Virus record (IMG/VR): IMGVR_UViG_3300030060_002841
Coordinates: 14,246-78,245 of that record
Origin: a virus
Reading direction: 5' to 3' (one strand)
DNA length: 64,000 bases
Shown: piece by piece, positions 60,501 through 64,000 of the stretch
Layout of the letters: the number at the start of each line of letters is the position of its first letter
How positions within the stretch are numbered: the first letter of the stretch is position 1
Translations under genes and position numbers: made by a program
The notes under the pieces: generated by a model
Databases searched by the model: none
What the model was told of the DNA's origin: nothing
What the model saw: only the letters and a program-made list of their open reading frames with translations

Positions 60501-63303
60501 TAAAGATAAAAATAAAATTGATTATTCTTTTATGTTGGTATATAAGAATGGAAATTTTACAGGCAGGTATGTGCAAAGAACTGGGGCTAATTATTATAAT
60601 AAAATAGATGAACTAAGAGAACCTTTATATGATGAGGAAGGTGTATGGAAAGAGTATATATATAATGCAAACGGTAGATATACTGATACAGAGATAAAAT
60701 ATAATAAAGAATTGTTTGAAGCTAGAAAAGAATATAGAACATACTTGCAAGCAGAAAAATACAATGTAGATACAGGTCAGTTAGATAGTGGTGAGTTTCA
60801 TGAATATGATCAAGAATATATAGATGCTAGAGATACGCATGAAGTTTTTGTACCATTTGCTAATGGAAAAGGTGGTAGATGGCAAAAGAAAGACACAATA
60901 ACTGATCAAGAATATGAAAGATTTCTAGTAAAGTATAAAGAGGTTAAAGATTATAAGCAAGCTTTATATGATAACAATAATGAGTTTAGTGGTAGAGTTG
61001 AGCCTCAGTCAGACTTTTTTGTAAAGAGAAAGTATGTTAGGGTTAAGAATCAATCTACTAGTGGTGTTGATTTAGTTGATCCTAAGTATAGAGCTTTGAT
61101 GATGAAAGATACAGCACAAATGACAGAGTTAGAAAAAGCTCAAAAAGAATTTTATGAAATGTATATTAAGTTTTTTGAGAATGATCTTCTTAAAAAATTA
61201 CCTCCAGGTATAATGGATGCTATGCAAGGAAGAGTGCCTGTTATAAGAGATACAATGACTAGTTCTTTAAAGCAACAAGGTTCTATTTTTACAAAGCTTT
61301 ATGGTAAAATGAAGAACAATTTGAGTCAGTGGTGGCACAATACAGCTGCAGTAAAAAGAGTTTTGACTGATGAAAATGGTGAAATAATTAACACTATGCC
61401 TATACACATGGTAGGTAAACCACGAACACAAAAGGCAGTTGATGATTTAGAAGCTAAAATAGCAGAGTTAGATAGAGAGTTTAATCAAGAACAAAATGTA
61501 ACTCCTGCAAAGCAAAAAAAATATGATGATAGAAAACAGGAGCTTGAACAATCATTAAGAGTATTGTTAGGGCAGCCAGAGGCATATGAGATAAGTCAAG
61601 ACATAGGAGATAGTTTATTAAGATTTTCTATGATGGCAGAGCATTATGAAACAATGGATGCTGTTGGTGATACATTAAATGCAATGTTAAAAGTTATAGA
61701 GGGAAGACAATATCAAAAAGCTTCTGGTCAAAAACTAGTTTCAAGAGTTGGTGGTGTATTAAAAAAAGTTGGTATAAAAAGTAAAACTGGATTAGATGAA
61801 CCTAGAATTGTATCAAGAGCTAGGAGGTGGATGAAAATGGTTTACTATGATAATGATCAAGAAATAAAAGGTAAGTTTGATAAACTTGCTGATGGACTTC
61901 TTAATTTAACATCTTTAACATATGTAGGTTTTAACCCTTTTGGTAACTTTAATAACTACATGGTTGGTAGATTAAGTAATGCTATTGAGGTAGTGGGTGG
62001 TAGATATTTTGAACCTGCTGCTTACCGTAGGGCTATGATAGAATTTAACAAAAGAGCAGTGCCAGATATGATCAAAAGAGCCGGTGAAAAATCTGCTTTG
62101 GCTGATAGAATCAGAATGGGTAAAGCAAGTATAGAAGACTATAAAGCTACTAGTAAGTATGAGTCTATGGTAGAATTTTTTAGAATGATGGATGCAAAGT
62201 CTGATATACGTGAGGCAACTAGATCACAAACAGGTAAAGAGTCAGGATTTAAAAAGGTATTAGAATGGGGTTATTTATTACAAGATGCTGCTGAATATAA
62301 TGTTCAAACTAAAACTGGAACAGCTATTCTTATGTCATTAATGGTAAAGAATGATCAAGGAGATACAATGTCTTTGTATGATGCATTAGAGTTTAATACA
62401 GAGACAGGAGAGTCTACAATTGCAGAAGGTTATAATAAAGTTCAAAAGGTTTTTTCTAATAGAACACCTGATATACAAAATGAAGCAGACTGGGTTGATT
62501 GGAATCAAAAGTCAAGATTTGATATAAGAAATTATATTAGAGAAGTTAATAAAATAATTCATGGTAACTATGCGTATGAAGATAGAACAGTTTTACAAAG
62601 CAATGCTGTTGGTAGATTAGTGATGCAGTTTCACAAATGGATCATACCAACATACAGTGCGAGACTAAGGTATACATATTATGATGAAAACTTAGGGTGG
62701 GTTCAAGGTAGATATTGGACTGCTATTGAGTTTTTTAAATATTTTGCTAAGAACTTAAAAGACTTTGGAAATATAACAACAAACTTTAAAGAATCCCAAG
62801 GTGAAAAAGGTCAAATGAAAATAGACAATTTAAAAAGAAATTTAGCAGAAGCAGGTGTAATAGGTATGTCATTTCTTGTCAGATTAATAATGCTTAGTCT
62901 TATTGATGATGAAGATGAAGACAAAGCACTTTGGAGAAAACAAGCAGAAAATATTATCCTGTATCAACTAGATAGACAACGAAGAGAATTCAGTCAGTTT
63001 ATAAATGTTGGTGACTTTTTAGAAATGACAAAGTCTCCTTATGCAGCACATAGGGCAGCAGAAAATATATACAAAGCAATAACGCTAACAGGTAGTACAT
63101 TTACACAGGGTGTTGTTCCTATGATATGGGGAGGTGGTTTATTGTCTGAAGACTTTATGAATAATGCTGATCTTGTATATCAAAGAACAAACAGAAAAGG
63201 CCAGCTTAAAGTAAAGAAAGCATGGTTAAATGTTATACCAGCTCTTTATACATTAGAAAAACTTAGAAAGTATGAAACAATGAGAGACTTCTATATTAAA
63301 TAG
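57574..63303 (+). CDS. Large ejection/cargo protein with zincin-like and PD-(D/E)xK nuclease domains
   Basis: 1909 aa; EEVLH (58285-58299); IAGTIDLL...VIDLKTS...QVNVY nuclease motifs (about 59200-59445); helical C-terminal region with hydrophobic segments (GVIGMSFLVRLIMLSLI). Confidence 0.7.
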   Translation: MSCYNKNTNEYKALRDALKSDIAVDVTIDAWQKMNNSDIIPSVDQVNLMKERMNQQFSLETKEFADILMANLSRSKIINKYKNTYWVNSSAKKGFAWAKYDERVLNDNIKRLQSRLNMWGIPQNAVTFKQVQKYNKEENQFQTLVTVQFNRNAIGPNDLLLKDRDKDMTHIGPILDHLKSVFPQVKVTVMDVASAKNLHDRLTAGYKKRPAFKDVKSFYYNGQAVLIKGRVTSETAIEEVLHPFINHLAADKPQLYDKLANEAARNFPLLTQQINDAYSDRRGFNNEDRKLELVTQSLSRHFKREYESTPTQSWKDSVMNLLKWLSEYIKDIYNYITNGQLTLSPGMINDRATLTDIAKLLNTGDMSFKLNLDPSLNTNKIQYKLSDDKQALINKILKKGTAEQKAVVARLTNDIVKDSKTYDEISANPFDPDIKTGLVYINSETHTYADAKGRPYASTTEKIKGKLDSNEFQFNIDIGNDFDAVLEEVVLGKTWEQSKDVYNYDRISEEQMKYIHTGLAAYTSALIADGSILLPQVIVSDPDTMIAGTIDLLLIRKDGSVQVIDLKTSKNSVLRPYYFGKGKGSSKKAQGLFPVKEGSVFYDPNKPYYMSTATQHSMQVNVYRRMLYNMGYTLDSTSDADNTPFTIHLKVDIKEKDGKKIYMGFTYEKMQPHPISANKEKVDKVVPYSVDVEAKNKLKEKFKKGSNYSYVNDPEFTEAAESLPESELIQTRTYENIYDSLTEFVSKLLTRRQAIERMKNSAKLINSKEEVLQNIDYTISAINTALRSGQADIVFTEVLQKTLEDIEEFEAYINDDANASKPEYISKINNFQGLVDSMRGLAGLKETEGLSPRQNKLIVKLQGKLNDLNGVTTEGGSLVKPGIISDKINLYVAKLVQNESNRNFTMDDLIGEDGLLKFGKDIGYIASYGMDLATQSDTLLQLMDKIYKRQRQILFDKVDERNREIRRVTTKLAYLSKDKNKIDYSFMLVYKNGNFTGRYVQRTGANYYNKIDELREPLYDEEGVWKEYIYNANGRYTDTEIKYNKELFEARKEYRTYLQAEKYNVDTGQLDSGEFHEYDQEYIDARDTHEVFVPFANGKGGRWQKKDTITDQEYERFLVKYKEVKDYKQALYDNNNEFSGRVEPQSDFFVKRKYVRVKNQSTSGVDLVDPKYRALMMKDTAQMTELEKAQKEFYEMYIKFFENDLLKKLPPGIMDAMQGRVPVIRDTMTSSLKQQGSIFTKLYGKMKNNLSQWWHNTAAVKRVLTDENGEIINTMPIHMVGKPRTQKAVDDLEAKIAELDREFNQEQNVTPAKQKKYDDRKQELEQSLRVLLGQPEAYEISQDIGDSLLRFSMMAEHYETMDAVGDTLNAMLKVIEGRQYQKASGQKLVSRVGGVLKKVGIKSKTGLDEPRIVSRARRWMKMVYYDNDQEIKGKFDKLADGLLNLTSLTYVGFNPFGNFNNYMVGRLSNAIEVVGGRYFEPAAYRRAMIEFNKRAVPDMIKRAGEKSALADRIRMGKASIEDYKATSKYESMVEFFRMMDAKSDIREATRSQTGKESGFKKVLEWGYLLQDAAEYNVQTKTGTAILMSLMVKNDQGDTMSLYDALEFNTETGESTIAEGYNKVQKVFSNRTPDIQNEADWVDWNQKSRFDIRNYIREVNKIIHGNYAYEDRTVLQSNAVGRLVMQFHKWIIPTYSARLRYTYYDENLGWVQGRYWTAIEFFKYFAKNLKDFGNITTNFKESQGEKGQMKIDNLKRNLAEAGVIGMSFLVRLIMLSLIDDEDEDKALWRKQAENIILYQLDRQRREFSQFINVGDFLEMTKSPYAAHRAAENIYKAITLTGSTFTQGVVPMIWGGGLLSEDFMNNADLVYQRTNRKGQLKVKKAWLNVIPALYTLEKLRKYETMRDFYIK

Positions 63304-63347
63304 TTTAAAGTTTTCTTAACAGTTCTTTAACGTTAGCTTAATATTAG

Positions 63348-63364
63348 ATTTGTATATTATTTAT
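63348..63364 (+). promoter_or_regulatory. Putative phage promoter
   Basis: atttgTATATTATttat immediately before ATG 63365. Confidence 0.45.
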
Positions 63365-63439
63365 ATGAGGATAAATGTTACTAACTATATATACGTAATG
63401 ATAATTATTACTGCTTTTGCTTTGGGTCTTGTACTTTAA
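63365..63439 (+). CDS. Possible 24-aa hydrophobic peptide
   Basis: MRINVTNYIYVMIIITAFALGLVL*; single TM-like helix directly after a promoter-motif copy; overlaps the 3' end of the minus-strand gene. Confidence 0.3.
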   Translation: MRINVTNYIYVMIIITAFALGLVL

Positions 63440-63548
63440 AAGGACAATGCCTGCAGCCACTACCGCAACAATACCCCCTTTTACGGTGGTATGATGCGGT
63501 AAAGACTATTTTTCCTTTTTCATAATAGAATAGCTTATTTGACTTCAC
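63408..63548 (-). CDS. Small Cys-rich DUF5522-like protein (missed by ORF track)
   Basis: GTG start overlapping the RNR 3' end: MKSNKLFYYEKGKIVFTASYHRKRGYCCGSGCRHCPFKVQDPKQKQ*; the FT..YH.KRGYCCGSGCRHCP signature matches DUF5522. An alternative GTG lies at 63563. Confidence 0.8.
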   Translation of the reverse strand: MKSNKLFYYEKGKIVFTASYHRKRGYCCGSGCRHCPFKVQDPKQKQ

Positions 63549-63999
63549 AAGATCCTCCAGCACATGCTAGCTCTCCAGTTAGATTAGTCTCATCATCTTG
63601 TTCAACTATTTTAGATAGATCAATATCCATTAATGATTTAACCATTTCATTATACTTCTTTTTAGTAATGTCTTCAAATGGGGCTTGAGTATAAGTACCA
63701 CCATCATATGGAAGCACAGCTAGACCATTATAGTGATCTCTATTTTTCCACATCCAATCACCTGCTAGTTCCCAGTCTTCATCTTTTAAACTAATAGTAG
63801 CAGAAACATTGTGACTATTGGATCCTGTCCTATGACCAGGCTTTACCCATTCAGTTGCAACTTTCTTTACTCTTTCTAATAATTGAAAAGCAGATTCAGT
63901 TCTTAAGATAGATCCTTCTGGTGCTTTTTGAGGTATGCTTATTACAGCAGTATCATGACTACGGAAGACACAGTCTTCTACAAGATCAGGATGGTTCTT
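63535..63999 (-). CDS. nrdJ: Class II (adenosylcobalamin-dependent) ribonucleotide reductase, C-terminal part
   Basis: The frame is open to the window edge: ...WVKPGHRTGSNSHNVSATISL...GLAVLPYDGGTYTQAPFEDI...GELACAGGSCEVK; HNVSAT, YxQAPFE and the C-terminal redox Cys pair are typical of monomeric-type NrdJ. Confidence 0.88.
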   Translation of the reverse strand, partial: KNHPDLVEDCVFRSHDTAVISIPQKAPEGSILRTESAFQLLERVKKVATEWVKPGHRTGSNSHNVSATISLKDEDWELAGDWMWKNRDHYNGLAVLPYDGGTYTQAPFEDITKKKYNEMVKSLMDIDLSKIVEQDDETNLTGELACAGGSCEVK

Positions 64000-64000
64000 A

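Noticed and set aside
63461-63501. Hairpin as a standalone ncRNA or classical terminator
   Set aside because: It lies inside the DUF5522-like coding sequence, is imperfect and lacks an adjacent U-tract; kept only as a side note.
1-64000. Stop-codon reassignment (TAG or TGA), known in some crAss-like phages
   Set aside because: Multi-kb ORFs are fully open in the standard code, and TAG (13651, 29305, 63303) and TGA (6968) end genes at sensible boundaries.
1-64000. tRNA genes, CRISPR arrays, self-splicing introns, inteins, DGR
   Set aside because: Intergenic gaps are short; I saw no cloverleaf, repeat-spacer array, homing endonuclease/Hint motif, reverse transcriptase or TR/VR pair. This was by eye only, so a degenerate element could be missed.

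Overview
This AT-rich window (roughly 30% GC by eye) is densely coded and almost entirely on the + strand. It looks like the virion morphogenesis arm of a large crAss-like (Crassvirales-related) podophage, probably of an aquatic Bacteroidota/Flavobacteriia host. Gene order: portal C-terminus, putative scaffold, major capsid protein, conserved capsid-module and ring genes, Cys-rich appendage proteins, metallophosphoesterase, IHF/HU-like protein, two tail ring proteins, a 2836-aa muzzle protein, and a block of cargo/ejection proteins. That block includes a triple-domain peptidoglycan hydrolase, a 5470-aa virion RNA polymerase polyprotein (RIPTQDKHS...GADFDID) and a 1909-aa PD-(D/E)xK protein. 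The window ends at the converging 3' end of a class II ribonucleotide reductase and a small DUF5522-like gene. Structural-gene labels rest mainly on synteny and remembered motifs, not on database searches. The most notable observations are four. (1) The muzzle carries two insertions with the same split Cys-rich stalk framing different host-like payload domains: a jelly-roll sugar-binding domain and a complete M12B metalloprotease. (2) A repeated G-x-x-[LI]-[PR]-x-[AF]-[QN]-x-G(G) / K-x-x-GG motif marks domain boundaries in three consecutive cargo proteins, suggesting a polyprotein processing or packaging signal. (3) An ASCH domain is inserted inside the virion RNAP. (4) A recurrent intergenic TTTG-TATATTAT motif resembles an altered Bacteroidota -7 promoter element.
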